This document shows, in pieces, positions 1 through 12,263 of a stretch of DNA of 64,000 bases. Position numbers and translations under genes: made by a program. Source of the DNA: Macrostomum lignano (Eukaryota); NCBI GenBank assembly GCA_002269645.1, contig NIVC01001859.1, forward strand, positions 120,444 through 184,443. The letters are read 5' to 3'. Each line of letters starts with the position of its first letter. Position 1 is the stretch's first letter. The notes beneath the pieces were generated by a model. That model saw only the letters and a list, made by a program, of their open reading frames with translations. It did not search any database and had not been told where the DNA came from.

Positions 1-3000
1 GGGATCGGCGGCAACGGAGTTGATCCTCTGCCCAGGATTTGCTCCGATTGACAACGCGATCCAAGTTGTTGCAGTTGTTGCTGCAGCTGCAGCTGCTGCT
101 GTTGCTGCTGCTGCTGTTGCAACCCCGGCTCTGCAGGCGGATGCAGTTTCTTGGAAAACACCCTCGATCGCTGCGGATCGAATGCATACGGCAGCCCGGA
201 CCGGTAGGTGGCCACAGACAGCTGGCTGCCTGTCAGGTTGGTTGACTTCACCGACACGGTGTTGTAGGGACACTCGGAGTCCAGCTCTTGCTGCTGCCGC
301 TGCTTCTGTCGGCGTTGCTGATGACGCCGACGTCGGCAGGCCCAGACTCCGCCGCCAACGGCCAGGATGGCGAGTGCGGCGGCGGCTGCCGCGGTCAACC
401 CGAGCACGGCTGGCAGGCGGAGCAACAGAGAGGCCGATGCCAGATCCTCCCGCGGCGCCAGGGTCGGTCCGGTTTTCGTAACCGACGATCCGCCGCCGTT
501 GTCGCCGTCGCAAGCCCAGCTGCCCAGCCTCGTCAGTGGGCAGTCGCTGCCGTTGCTCAAACGGCAGGTTGGCGTGTCGGCGATGACCACGCCTTGCCTG
601 CGGGATCGAGACAGCCGAGTGGTGTATTTGACGAGATCGGCCCACCACCAGCCAGCGCTGAGGCAATTCGTTTTCAGCACAAATTTGAATAAATAATAAT
701 AATTGATTTCATCTGGCCCTAATGGACAGATGTGCCCCCTACAGCTCAGCCGCGGCTATTGCGCGGCGTATCTGAGGGCTGCGTACGGCTGTTCAGTACA
801 AGGACTGGGAGGGGGTCGCCACACACACCCTCAATTACCCCAGCTAATGCTGGCACTCATTTTACAGCTGGGTGAACTGAAGCAATGCAGATTCAAGTCT
901 GGCTAAAGGAAACAAATTGTTACCATGCGGGTCTGGAATCGAACCCCCGACCTTTCAGTCGTGAGTCTGACGCTCTAACCACTAAGCTACATCCCCTTGT
1001 CCAATATACTAAAAATGGTTTGTCAGTATAGTTACGTGTGTGATTGATTTCAGAAAATTAGCCTACTAAAAGCGCAATTGATAAATAATGGATCAGTTCC
1101 CCACCATGCCAGCCGTTGCTTGTCTCTGTACAGCGAGCAGCTGCACACAAACGGGTTCTTAGACAGCGATAATTTCCACAGCCGGGCGTCCGCTGGCAGC
1201 CAATCGGTGATGGCCTTGAGCGAAATCAGCCGGTTGTCGCTCAGATCCAATTGTTGCAGTTGGCGCAATCGGTCCAGGAAACTGGCGTTGGAGCTGCGCC
1301 GCAAGGTCCCGGACTCGACGCCCAGCAGATTGCCGCTAAGGTCGAGCACCTGTTGGTTGTAAAATGAGATTAACTGGGTCAAATTCGTGTCCATCTAGAA
1401 AGCGAAATACGTCAAGAATTTAATCCCCTAGTGGAGCTGATCTCTCTACAACGTAAAAATCAATACCTTAATCTTTTAACCTGAGAAACAACGACCTAAA
1501 CTCTAATCTCTTCAACTGAGAATATTGATTTTAATCCATTAATCCAAAACACTAATCAACCCCTCGAAGCTAACATAGGAGCGCATTTGTTCTTTACAAG
1601 AGTACTCGTATAAAACAAGCATAAACATAAGCAATAAACATAAACATAAACAACAAAAGACCTGAGTACTAAATAAGCATTTGCGAAATTCCAGTGGGCT
1701 GGTTTGCGCAATAAATTATAATATATTAACGAACCGACCCCAAAACAACCCACCACCCCAAAATACATGCCTACACCCACCACCACAAAACACAGGCCTC
1801 AACCCACCACCCCAAAACACAGGCCTCAACCCACTACCCAAGAACACAGGCCTCAACCCACCACCCCAAAACACAAGCCTCAACCCACCACCCCAAAACA
1901 CAAGCCTCAACCCACCACCACAAAACACAGGCCTCAACCCACCACCCCAAAACACAAGCCTCAACCCACTACCCAAGAACACAGGCCTCAACCCACCACC
2001 CCAAAACACAGGCCTCAACCCACCACCCCAAAAACACAGGCCTCAACCCACCACCCAAGAACACAGGCCTCAACCCACCACCCAAAAACACAGGCCTCAA
2101 CCCACCACCCAAAAACACATGCCTCAACCCACCACCCAAGAACACAAGCCTCAACCCACCACCACAAAACACAGGCCTCAACCCACCACCCAAAAACACA
2201 GGCCTCAACCCACCACCCAAAAACACATGCCTCAACCCACCACCCAAGAACACAGGCCTCAACCCACCACCCAAAATAACAGGCCTCAACCAACCACCCC
2301 AAAACACGAGCCTGAACCCACCACCCCAATTCACAGGCCTCAACCCACGACCCAAAAACACACGCTTCTTAATCCACCGCCCAAGACCCCCAACCCACTG
2401 CAACTCCAATCTCAGACAGCTACTCACCTCCAGCTCAGGCGGCGGGTCCCAATCGATGAGGCCATTCAGCGTCAGTCGATTCTGTGCGACATTGAGCAGC
2501 CTCAGAGCCACATAGCTGGCTCCCACACTGTCCAGCCGAGTAAACAGATTGCCGCTCAATTTAAGCGTCCTTAACGACATGGATCCTTTGCTGACAAAAC
2601 TGTCCAGCTGGTTGGCGCTAAAGTCGACGTCTCTCAAAGCTGGATGCTGCATCAAGTTGAAGTCGGACAGTTGAGCTAGGCGACTGCCGGCGATGTGGAG
2701 ACTCTCGACTGCCGGGAATGTTGTTACCAGGCCTGAGTCCAGCACTTGGACCAGCGACTGGTTCAAGTTGAGGTACATCAGGTTGCTGAACATTCTGAGC
2801 GAATCTGCGGCGTGTGTGAATGCAGTGTTGGAGTGTGTGAATGCAGTGTTGGAGTGTGTGAATGCAGTGTTGGAGTGTGTGAATGCAGTGTTGGAGTGTG
2901 TGAATGCAGTGTTGGAGTGTGTGAATGCAGTGTTGGAGTGTGAATGCAGTGTTGGAGTGTGAATGCAGTGTTGGAGTGTGTGAATGCAGTTACACGAGTG

Positions 3001-3595
3001 TGCATGTGGACGCAAACGCACGGTTTTGTACAAGTCATGTTCGAACTTTCGTTCCAGACAAAAATATGAGTGTAAAAAATGAACGATTTGGTAATGAGTC
3101 ACAGTCACAGTACTTTTCTGGTCATCAATCACAGCAATATTCCAACTCTTGCCACCAGACTGTAACTAGTTTGGTAATATGATTGATGTTTATTTGAATT
3201 ACCCAGACCATTATCAACATGAATGAATAATTAACATACAGGAGTCGCAGTAAAACAAATCAGCCTCATTATTCACTGTTCTCACCAATTTTCGTGATGC
3301 TAGTCCTCAGCAGAGTCATGCTCTCAATCTGATGCAGATCCTCGGTTAGAAAGGCCGGTATGGCCCTAATGGAAGGTCCTTGGCACAGGACAGCGTAGCG
3401 GCTCCTGGTGTAGTCCACCAGCTGGCAGCTGCAGCCGTGGACACAAGTGAAGTTGTCGTGCATCGATTCCAGAGCGAACGCACCAGTGACGCCGCTGTCG
3501 GGGATGCTGGTGACCCCGGCTGCAGCTCCAGCCGCCAACAGAGATGCTGCATGTAAAATAACCGAGCACAATACTAAACAACCATTCGAGTTCAT
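1..3595 (-). CDS. Leucine-rich-repeat single-pass transmembrane protein (3' end lies beyond window start)
   Basis: Exons (minus): 3595-3286, 2804-2428, 1394-~1105 (donor uncertain), 657-<1; GT-AG with consistent phases. Signal peptide MNSNGCLVLCSVILHAASLLAAG, Cys-rich LRRNT (CVHGCSC..C), LxxLxLxxN repeats, LRRCT NPFVCSC, TM segment LPAVLGLTAAAAAALAILAVGGGVWAC followed by RRRR, Gln-rich tail. Confidence 0.85.
690..996 (-). mobile_element. tRNA-derived SINE with CORE/Meta-like central domain, in LRR-gene intron 3
   Basis: Minus strand: GGGGATGTAGCTTAGTGG (A box), GGTTCGATTCC (B box), no acceptor-stem pairing, then CACCCAGCTGTAAAATGAGT (resembles conserved SINE core) and (ATT)n tail near 690-705. 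Confidence 0.7.
1735..2385. repeat. 27-bp minisatellite in LRR-gene intron 2
   Basis: Unit AACACAGGCCTCAACCCACCACCCCAA with 26/27/28-bp variants. Confidence 0.95.
2814..2990. repeat. 21-bp minisatellite abutting the acceptor of LRR exon 2
   Basis: Unit GTGTGAATGCAGTGTTGGAGT, about 8 copies, ending ~10 bp from the AG at 2805-2806. Confidence 0.95.
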
Positions 3596-3977
3596 TGTGT
3601 GTCACGAAGTTTTTCTTCTGCAAAAAATTCTGTTCAAGTCTTCTTTGGCTAGTGCTGATATTTCTACAAGCATTGGTCCGTATCGCATCTTATCTACGCG
3701 GCTAAAGGCCTGCTTTTCCTTGCTAAGCTGTGTGTCTGAGAGAGTCGCTCCTCTCTGTAGGCCTCTGTAACAGTTCTGCTAGTCCAAGTTTGGAGTATTT
3801 ATTTGCTCTCTAGAGAGGCCTCAGTGTCATTTATTGCTTGAGTCCTTGTTTCTGATTTCCACAAGAAAATATTGCTCATAATAGCAAATCTAATTATCAT
3901 ATAGCAGCTAGCGCTTGGGTATTCTGCTAAATATAAGCCATTTGCATTCTCGAACTGACCGCTAAAACAATTTTCAA

Positions 3978-4330
3978 CACCACCCATTCCCACAGCTAAT
4001 CCCACTCTCCATACCGTACGCCTCTTACCTCACCCATTCCCACACCCATTCCCACACCCATTCCCACACCCTTTCCCACACCCATTCCCACACCCATTCC
4101 AACACCCATTCCCATACCCATTCCAACACCCATTCCCATACCCATTCCCACACCCATTCCCATACCCATTCCCACACCCATTCCCATACCCATTCCAACA
4201 CCCATTCCCATACCCATTCCAACACCCATTCCCACACCCATTCCTACACTCATTCCCACACCCATTCCCACACCCATTCCCACACCCATTCCCACACCCA
4301 TTCCCACACCCATTCCCACACCCTTCCTAC
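3978..4330. repeat. 12-bp tandem repeat
   Basis: Unit CCCATTCCCACA with CCA/ATA variants. Confidence 0.95.
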
Positions 4331-4679
4331 ACTCGTTCCCACAAAGCCGTAACTGTAGCCACACACATCCCATTCGTTTCTTGTATTTTCACAAGCCTCG
4401 GAAATGTGGTAATAGGAGTTGCGAAATAGGAGTCCCCGGCAGTCAACAGTATCGGGTTTTCACCTGCAGACGGTTTGTCACGTGCAGTTTTTAAATGAGC
4501 TCGGAATCTATCCCTTTCGCCTATCTATTTGTACTATTATTGTGTATAATTTGTTATAAATACTCGACAGGCACTTTAAAAAATACAGACCCTGATAGGC
4601 AGACTCGTAGAGAAAATATTCAAGCAGCAGAGTCACACTGTAAACGACAAACGCAAGGAGACAGATTCTAAAAAGAGAC

Positions 4680-5462
4680 AGGCCCCAAAAGACAGACAAT
4701 AAGAGACGGGCGCCCAAGAGACGCCAAGAGACAGACAATAAAATACAGATCCCAAGAGACAGACTCCAAGAGACATACCCCAAGAGACATACCCCAAGAG
4801 GCAGGCCCCAAGAGACATACCCCAAGAGACATACCCCAAGAGACATACCCCAAGAGACAGACCCCAAGAGACATACCCCAAGACCCCAAGAGACAGACCC
4901 CAAGAGGCATACCCCAAGAGACAGACCCCAAGAGACAGACCCCAAGAGACAGACCCCAAGAGACAGACCCCAAGAGACAGACCCCAAGAGACATACCCCA
5001 AGAGACAGACCCCAAGAGAGGCCCCAAGAAACAGGCCTCAATAGACAGAGGCTGAGACAGACAATGAGAGACAGGCCCCAAGAAACAGGCCTCAATAGAC
5101 AGAGGCTGAGACAGACAATGAGAGACAGGTCCCAAGAAACAGGCCTCAATAGACAGAGGCTGAGACAGACAATGAGAGACAGGCCCCAAGAAACAGGCCT
5201 CAATAGACAGAGACTGGGACAGACAATGAGAGACAGGCCCCAAGACACAGGCCTCAATAGACAGAGGCTGAGACAGACAATGAGAGACAGGCCCCAAGAA
5301 ACAGGCCTCAATAGACAGAGACTGGGACAGACAATGAGAGACAGGCCCCAAGACACAGGCCTCAATAGACAGAGGCTGAGACAGACAATGAGAGACAGGC
5401 CCCAAGAAACAGGCCTCAATAGACAGAGACTGAGACAGACAATGAGAGACAGGCCCCAAGAG
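4680..5462. repeat. Compound array: 15-bp units followed by 54-bp units
   Basis: CCCCAAGAGACA(G/T)AC at ~4760-5030, then about 8 copies of a 54-bp unit that contains the same CCCCAAG motif (5030-5462). Confidence 0.9.
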
Positions 5463-6377
5463 AGCCTCTTAAAACAGACTTGAACGTATTGTTTCATATT
5501 TTAAACGTATTTTGCCATTTGGAGCGCCCTTCTAACACGATATTTTAGCGCGTTTTTTGCCACATAAGTTGCAGCATTTTCGCTTCAATTTGAAGTCTAT
5601 TGTAATTTGGACAATTTTCAGATAAATATCGCGTACTACTAGTAGGTAGAGTTAATCGCGCAGTGACTTCGCCAGTTCAAAGGTAAGTGAAAATTATTTT
5701 ATAACAAAACCTTTTTACCTATAATAGCCTAGGCCAGCCTAATTAGCATTCCATTAACCTGTTGAACACGCGCCTCACAAAGTCAAAGCTTTTTATCAGT
5801 TTAAAGAGTGAATTTGCATTAATTTTATACTGTAGCTGTTATCTCGGTACAGGGGTCAGGCGTTGCCATTGCCAATCGCCTCTCTCTCCCTTGATCAACA
5901 CCCACCAACCCCCACCAAACCCTCACCCAGTTTATCTCATGGCTTGGATTGCACTGCACACGTGAAAAGGTTGTAAAGGCTATAATTTAGTTAACAGTAA
6001 TAAGGTAGGCGGTGTGTGACATTTTAGAAAGGCCTGCTAGTTAAGTGAAATTTATAAACTGAATGCTAAAATTGCAATTGAAGTCGTGCCAAGCTCTATT
6101 AGCTTGCTTTCTCTGCAACTTTATTTTGCTTAGGCAGTTCACAGATATCTAAGAAGGTAGCATTTTTCTTCCCTTTGGTGAAAGAAGAAATTTCTCTTTC
6201 AGCCCTTTCTGTACAATAAAGTTTTTTGAGACACTCAGACTGGCACAGAGAGGCCTAGAAAGCCAGATAACACGTTAAATAGCGAGAAAGTGACAGTTGA
6301 GTAGGTTTTTGGGCGCTTTTCTGACAGCCAACTCGATATACTTTTGTTGGAGAACTTTCGCAGATTCAACTGACGGG

Positions 6378-8978
6378 ATGTCCGCGTCGGAGTCGGGTAG
6401 GTGAACACCTGTTCTGTGACTCGTGCTATTTTATCCATCTCTAGAATAAACCCGATTGAAATCAGATGCAAGTATGCAACACTCCCTGATGTCTCTTAGT
6501 TGGTTGCAGGATACCCTCCCTGAGCTGTCTCTTAGTTGGTTGCAGGATACCCTCCCTGAGATGTCTCTTAGTTGGTTGCAGGATATCCTCCCTGAGCTGT
6601 CTCTTAGTTGGTTGCAGGATACCTTCCCTGAGATGTCTCTTAGTTGGTTGCAGGATACCCTCCCTGAGATGTCTCTTAGTTGGTTGCAGGATATCCTCCC
6701 TGAGCTGTCTCTTAGTTGGTTGCAGGATATCCTCCCTGAGCTGTCTCTTAGTTGGTTGCAGGATACCTTCCCTGAGATGTCTCTTACTTGGTTGCAGGAT
6801 ACCTTCCCTGAGATGTCTCTTAGTTGGTTGCAGGATATCCTCCCTGAGATGTTTCTTAGTTTTAGTTGGTTGCAGGATACCCTCCCTGAGCTGTCTCTTA
6901 GTTGGTTGCAGGATACCCTCCCTGAGATGTCTCTTAGTTGGTTACCCTGACAACATATTTCAGAGTCCAGATTCGAAGGCGAAGGCCAGGAGTTCCACGC
7001 CAAGTACATGGGCAGCGTGGAGGTGGCCAAGAGCAAAGGTCAGGAGATCTGTCAGGAAGCGATGCAGAAACTACTGGTCACCCTGAAGTCCAGAAAGGAT
7101 CCCAAACCGCGTCTAATCATTAATTTAAGCTTTGAAGGCACCAGACTGAAAGAGATGCCGCCAGGTATTAACCTGCTAGACTTGACCTTCAAGCACAGTC
7201 AGGTGTCCTATGTGTGGAAAGACCCGCGGGACCAGCGCAGCCTGGGCATTGTGCGGACCGAGCCAGATCCCGATGATTCCACCAAGACCGTGCATCGATT
7301 TCACGGAATTCGGACTATTAAACCGGTATGATGAGTGGCTGCACAATTTTAGTTTTATGCTTTTTATATCTTTATAATTTTGGGCAGCATGTAGGACAGC
7401 GAGGGGTGAAGTAGTCCTGAGCATATACACACACACGCTCACACAGGGTGTACAGGGCCCTTGACTTTTTAACCGTCAGGCATGTACACTCTCTGTGCCT
7501 CTGGAGGGGTTGGCCCTCATTATTTATAAGCTCGTTCAGCTTTCGTGTTTTTATGTACGCTCGTATAGCTCTGATACCCCTCACCGATTTCATATATACC
7601 ACCGCCCTGGATACCCCCTGATCCTTCAATGGATACCCCCCGATCCTTCGATGAACACCCCCTGATCCTTCAATGGATACCCCTGATCCTTCGATGAATA
7701 CCCCTGATCCTTCGATGAACACCCCTTGATCCTTCAATGAATACCCCCTGATCTTTCGATGAATACCCCCTGATCCTTCGATGAATACCCATGATCCTTC
7801 GATGAATACCCCTGATCCTTCGATGAGTACCCCCAGATCTTTCGATGGTCACCCTGAGGTTCAGAAAAGGCCGAATACCCCATGATCCTTGGAGTATCCT
7901 ATATTTTTCCTCGATTCGTGACTTTGTCCCTTTTTGCGTCCAATTTAACATTCCTCCATTTCAGGCCATGCCGTTCCTGCAGGAGATGCAGGAACTGTTC
8001 CGAATCGTCAAGGAGCGCTCAGCCCAACAGAAGGAGGAACAAGCAGCCTCCACTTCGGCTGCCGCTGCCGAATCCGCGGAGCCAACCGGGACAGAGTTGA
8101 AACCGGCGGAGCAGTCGTCTGCTCAGCAGCAGGACGCTCGAGACAGGGCCACCTCGAATCTGCTTGGGCCAGACATTTCGGCCAGCGCTATGCCAAAGAA
8201 CGAGTCTGCCGCTTCACTAGACGACCTTGGCGATATTTTCAGTTCGTCGGTTACCGTTAGCCAGCAACCTGCTAGTAGCGCCTTCAACAGCCCTAGTAGC
8301 GCTTTTACCAGCACTAGTAGCGCCTTCAACAGCACTAGTAGCGCCTTCAACAGCACTAGTAGCGCTTTCAACAGCACTAGTAGCGCCTTCAACAGCACTA
8401 GTAGCGCTTTCGGTGCCAACAACAGCAATTCATTCAATCCATTTGGACAGCCAGTTGCTAGTGCCAGCAATCCGTTCAGCCAGCAGCAGCCTCAACCAGC
8501 TATGATGCCAATGTCAGGTGGACCCGGTGTCATGTCCTACGGCTTTGGTCAGAACCCGCAATACCAGCAGTTTCCGCAGCAACAGCAGCAGTTTCCACCA
8601 GTGCAGTTTCCGCAGCAACGGCAGTACAATCCCTATCAGCAGCAGCTCCCTATGGGTGCACCGTCGGGCAGCACGAATCCCTTCGCTGCTGGAGGCGGCG
8701 GCGCCAGCCTATTCGACAGGCAGAACTCCGTCCCGAGCGGCGGAGGCCCCGACCTGTTGACGCCGGTGTCGCTGAATCCCGCCGCTACCGCCGCGAAGCC
8801 AAACCCGGTGATCAAGCCGGATGCGTTCAGCGATCTCGTTGTCGGTCTGACGTCCAACTCTGCGATGAACTCAAACGATCCAGGCCGCCAGCAGCTGAGC
8901 AGCAAGGAGCTGTTCAAGTCGGTTGAGAAGCCGAAGTCAACGCTGCGCGATCTGGCCAATCAGAGCCCGCGACCTTGA
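6378..8978 (+). CDS. Dab: Disabled (Dab)-like PTB-domain endocytic adaptor, ~464 aa
   Basis: Exons 6378-6396 (short first exon, less certain), 6964-7325, 7965-8978; 1395 nt in frame. RFEGEGQEFHAKYMGSVEV..KGQEICQEAMQKL matches the Dab PTB pattern (RFKGEGVRYKAKLIG). C-terminus has three NPF motifs and acidic-Phe motifs. Confidence 0.85.
6488..6946. repeat. 36-bp minisatellite in Dab intron 1
   Basis: Unit GTCTCTTAGTTGGTTGCAGGATACCCTCCCTGAGAT, about 12.5 copies. Confidence 0.95.
7424..7517 (-). mobile_element. Truncated copy of second SINE-like family
   Basis: Shares GGGTGTACAG..GGCCC.TGACT and GCATGTACACTCT..GTGCCT with 10915-11097 and 45933-46007. Confidence 0.55.
7606..7860. repeat. ~21-22-bp minisatellite in Dab intron 2
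   Basis: Unit CCCTGATCCTTCGATGAATACC. Confidence 0.9.
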
Positions 8979-9493
8979 AGCCTGACGTGATATTGGAACT
9001 TCTCGTAGAAATGATTATAAAAGTTAAGACAAATTCGGACAATGTTTTCGTGTTAAAAGCTTCTTTCTTCATGATTTTCCTAGCAACATCTTACGCACGC
9101 AAGTATTTAAACATATTTTTGTATGCGTGGACGCTTTTCGTGTTTATTCGTAGGGTTCCTCCTTAATTGTCAATCAAATTTTCTCTCCCACGCCTCAATC
9201 TCCAATCCGCCCCAATAATCAAAGGTATATTGTCTAAGCTGATTGGTGAATTCTCTTTTGTATTACTCTGACGCACCTGCCTAATTGTTGGATGACAACG
9301 TTTATTGCAGAAGAATAATTAAATGATTGCGTTACAAATTGCACGTTTAAGTAATTTCCGGCACTGTGTAGAAACAGTTTTGATAATTCCGAGAAACTTC
9401 CAGTAACAATTTTTAGCGTCGTTACTGCATCTGCCTAACTTTCTGCATGAACTTTAGTTGCGAATGAAAATAAAGGGTGAGGGTTAAACGAGG

Positions 9494-10900
9494 GTGAGGG
9501 ACAGAGTGAGGGACAGAGTGAGGGACAGAGTGAGGGACAGAGTGATGGACAGAGTGAGGGACAGAGTGATGGACAGAGTGAGGGACAGAGTGAGGGACAG
9601 AGTGAGGGACAGAGTGAGGGACAGAGTGATGGACAGAGTGAGGGACAGAGTGAGGGACAGAGTGAGGGACAGAGTGAGGGACAGAGTGAGGGACAGAGTG
9701 ATGGACAGAGTGAGGGACAGAGTGAAGGACAGAGTGAGGGACAGAGTGAGGGACAGAGTGAGGGACAGAGTGAGGGACAGAGTGAGGGACAGAGTGAGGG
9801 ACAGAGTGAGGGACAGAGTGAAGGACAGAGTGAGGGACAGAGTGATGGACAGAGTGATGGACAGAGTGAGGGACAGAGTGAAGGACAGAGTGAGGGACAT
9901 AGTGAGGGACAGAGTGATGGACAGAGTGAGGGACAGAGTGAGGGACAGAGTGAGGGACAGAGTGAGGGACAGAGTGAGGGACAGAGTGATGGACAGAGTG
10001 AGGGACAGAGTGATGGACAGAGTGAGGGACAGAGTGAGGACAGAGTGAGGGACAGAGTGAGGGACAGAGTGATGGACAGAGTGAGGGACAGAGTGAGGGA
10101 CAGAGTGAGGGACAGAGTGAGGGACAGAGTGAGGGACAGAGTGATGGACAGAGTGAGGGACAGAGTGAAGGACAGAGTGAGGGACAGAGTGAGGGACAGA
10201 GTGAGGGACAGAGTGAGGGACAGAGTGAGGGACAGAGTGAGGGACAGAGTGAGGGACAGAGTGAGGGACAGAGTGAGGGACAGAGTGAAGGACAGAGTGA
10301 GCGACAGAATCAGGGACAGAGTTAGGGACAGAGTGAGGGACAGAGTGAAGGACAGAGTGAGGGACAGAGTGAGGGACAGAGTGAGGGACAGAGTGAGGGA
10401 CAGAGTGAGGGACAGAGTGAAGGACAGAGTGAGGGACAGAGTGATGGACAGAGTGATGGACAGAGTGAGGGACAGAGTGAAGGACAGAGTGAGGGACATA
10501 GTGAGGGACAGAGTGATGGACAGAGTGAGGGACAGAGTGAGGGACAGAGTGATGGACAGAGTGAGGGACAGAGTGAGGGACAGAGTGATGGACAGAGTGA
10601 GGGACAGAGTGAGGGACAGAGTGAGGGACAGAGTGATGGACAGAGTTAGGGACAGAGTGAGGGACAGAGTGATGGACAGAGTGATGGACAGAGTGAGGGA
10701 CAGAGTGAGGGACAGAGTGAGGGACAGAGTGAGGGACAGAGTGAGGGACAGAGTGATGGACAGAGTTAGGGACAGAGTGAGGGACAGAGTGATGGACAGA
10801 GTGAGGGACAGAGTGAAGGACAGAGTGAGGGACAGAGTGAGGGATAGAGTGAGGGACAGAGTGAGGGACAGAGTGAGACAGAGTGAAGGACAGAGTGAAA
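9494..10900. repeat. 12-bp satellite, ~115 copies
   Basis: Unit GAGGGACAGAGT with GATG/GAAG variants. Confidence 0.97.
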
Positions 10901-10914
10901 GACACAGTAAAGAT

Positions 10915-11097
10915 AAAGACACTCACACACGCGCTCACACACCCCTGACAGTTGTCCTTGGGTGTACAGAGGCCCTGACTCTCTAATATTCAAGCATGTA
11001 CACTCTGTGCCTTGGTGTGAATAGCACGACAGCGGCTCACGGAATTGAACCAGGGTTCGTAATGCGAGAGTCAGACATTGTGAGCTGCTCTGCGCCA
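10915..11097 (-). mobile_element. tRNA-derived SINE (second family)
   Basis: Minus strand TGGCGCAGAGC (A-box-like) and GGTTCAATTCC (B box), body shared with 7424-7517 and 45933-46007, (GT)-rich 3' end. Confidence 0.6.
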
Positions 11098-11544
11098 ATA
11101 AAGAGGGATTAAATCTTGGCGTTTTAGCTTTGCAGGCTCACGTGTAGTTCTCAAGTTCCATCAGGGACAATATTTAATAGGGCTGCAGGCGAACAGAGAA
11201 GACTCAGATTAAAGAGAGGAAAACACTGACAGATAAGATTTATTTGAAAAATCGCCCGCATGTATGCATTATAGATTAGGTGCTAGTCAGCCAGGGTCCC
11301 CGCCCACTAAATTATTTTTCATCTCTGAAGCTTTTCGTGCACCTGCTGCATTTTTTTCTGTTTATTTCGCTTCCACGGGAAAGTGAGTTCTTTTGCATGC
11401 GGGGCTTTGCTTGAATGCGCGAAGCAGATTCGAGATTAAAAAGACTTCGTCGCGCGGAGGCAGTCTGGGGAATTTCTTGTCTGGAAGCCAGGGACCACTG
11501 CTATTCTGTAGAGAGCTTTCGGATTGGAGACCAGTCTTCACAGC

Positions 11545-12263
11545 CCCCAAACTGCACATCCCCAAATTGCACATCCCCAAACTACACATCCCCAAACTGC
11601 ACATCCCCAAACTGCACATCCCCAAACTGCACATCCCCAAACTGCACATCCCCAAACTACACATCCCCAAACTGCACATTCCCAAACTACACATCCCCAA
11701 ACTGCACATCCCCAAACTGCACATCCCCAAACTACACATCCCCAAACTGCACATTCCCAAACTGCACATCCCCAAACTGCACATCCCCAAACTGCACATC
11801 CCCAAACTGCACATCCCCAAACTGCACATCCCCAAACTGCACATCCCCAAACTGCACATCCCCAAACTACACATCCCCAAACTGCACATCCCCAAACTGC
11901 ACATCCCCAAACTACACATCCCCAAACTGCACATCCCCAAACTGAACATCCCCAAACTGCACATCCCCAAACTACACATCCCCAAACTACACATCCCCAA
12001 ACTGCACATCCCCAAACTGCACATCCCCAAACTGAACATCCCCAAACTGCACATCCCCAAACTGCACATCCCCAAACTGCACATCCCCAAACTGCACATC
12101 CCCAAACTGCACATCCCCAAACTGCACATCCCCAAACTACACATCCCCAAACTGCACATCCCCAAACTGCACATCCCCAAACTGCACATCCCCAAACTGC
12201 ACATCCCCAAACTGCACATCCCCAAACTGCACATCCCCAAACTGCACATCCCCAAACTGCACA
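11545..12263. repeat. 15-bp satellite, ~47 copies
   Basis: Unit CACATCCCCAAACTG. Confidence 0.97.

Noticed and set aside
925-996. tRNA gene (Val-like) on the minus strand
   Set aside because: Acceptor and T stems do not pair and the anticodon loop is irregular. It continues into a SINE body, so it is treated as a SINE head; likewise 11030-11097.
5030-6946. 36-54-bp arrays as CRISPR arrays
   Set aside because: Units are head-to-tail with no unique spacers, there are no cas genes, and the context is eukaryotic.
11362-11540. Possible exon flanking the 15-bp array (..WLPDKKFPRLPPRDEVF..)
   Set aside because: No recognisable family and no phase-consistent partner exon found.
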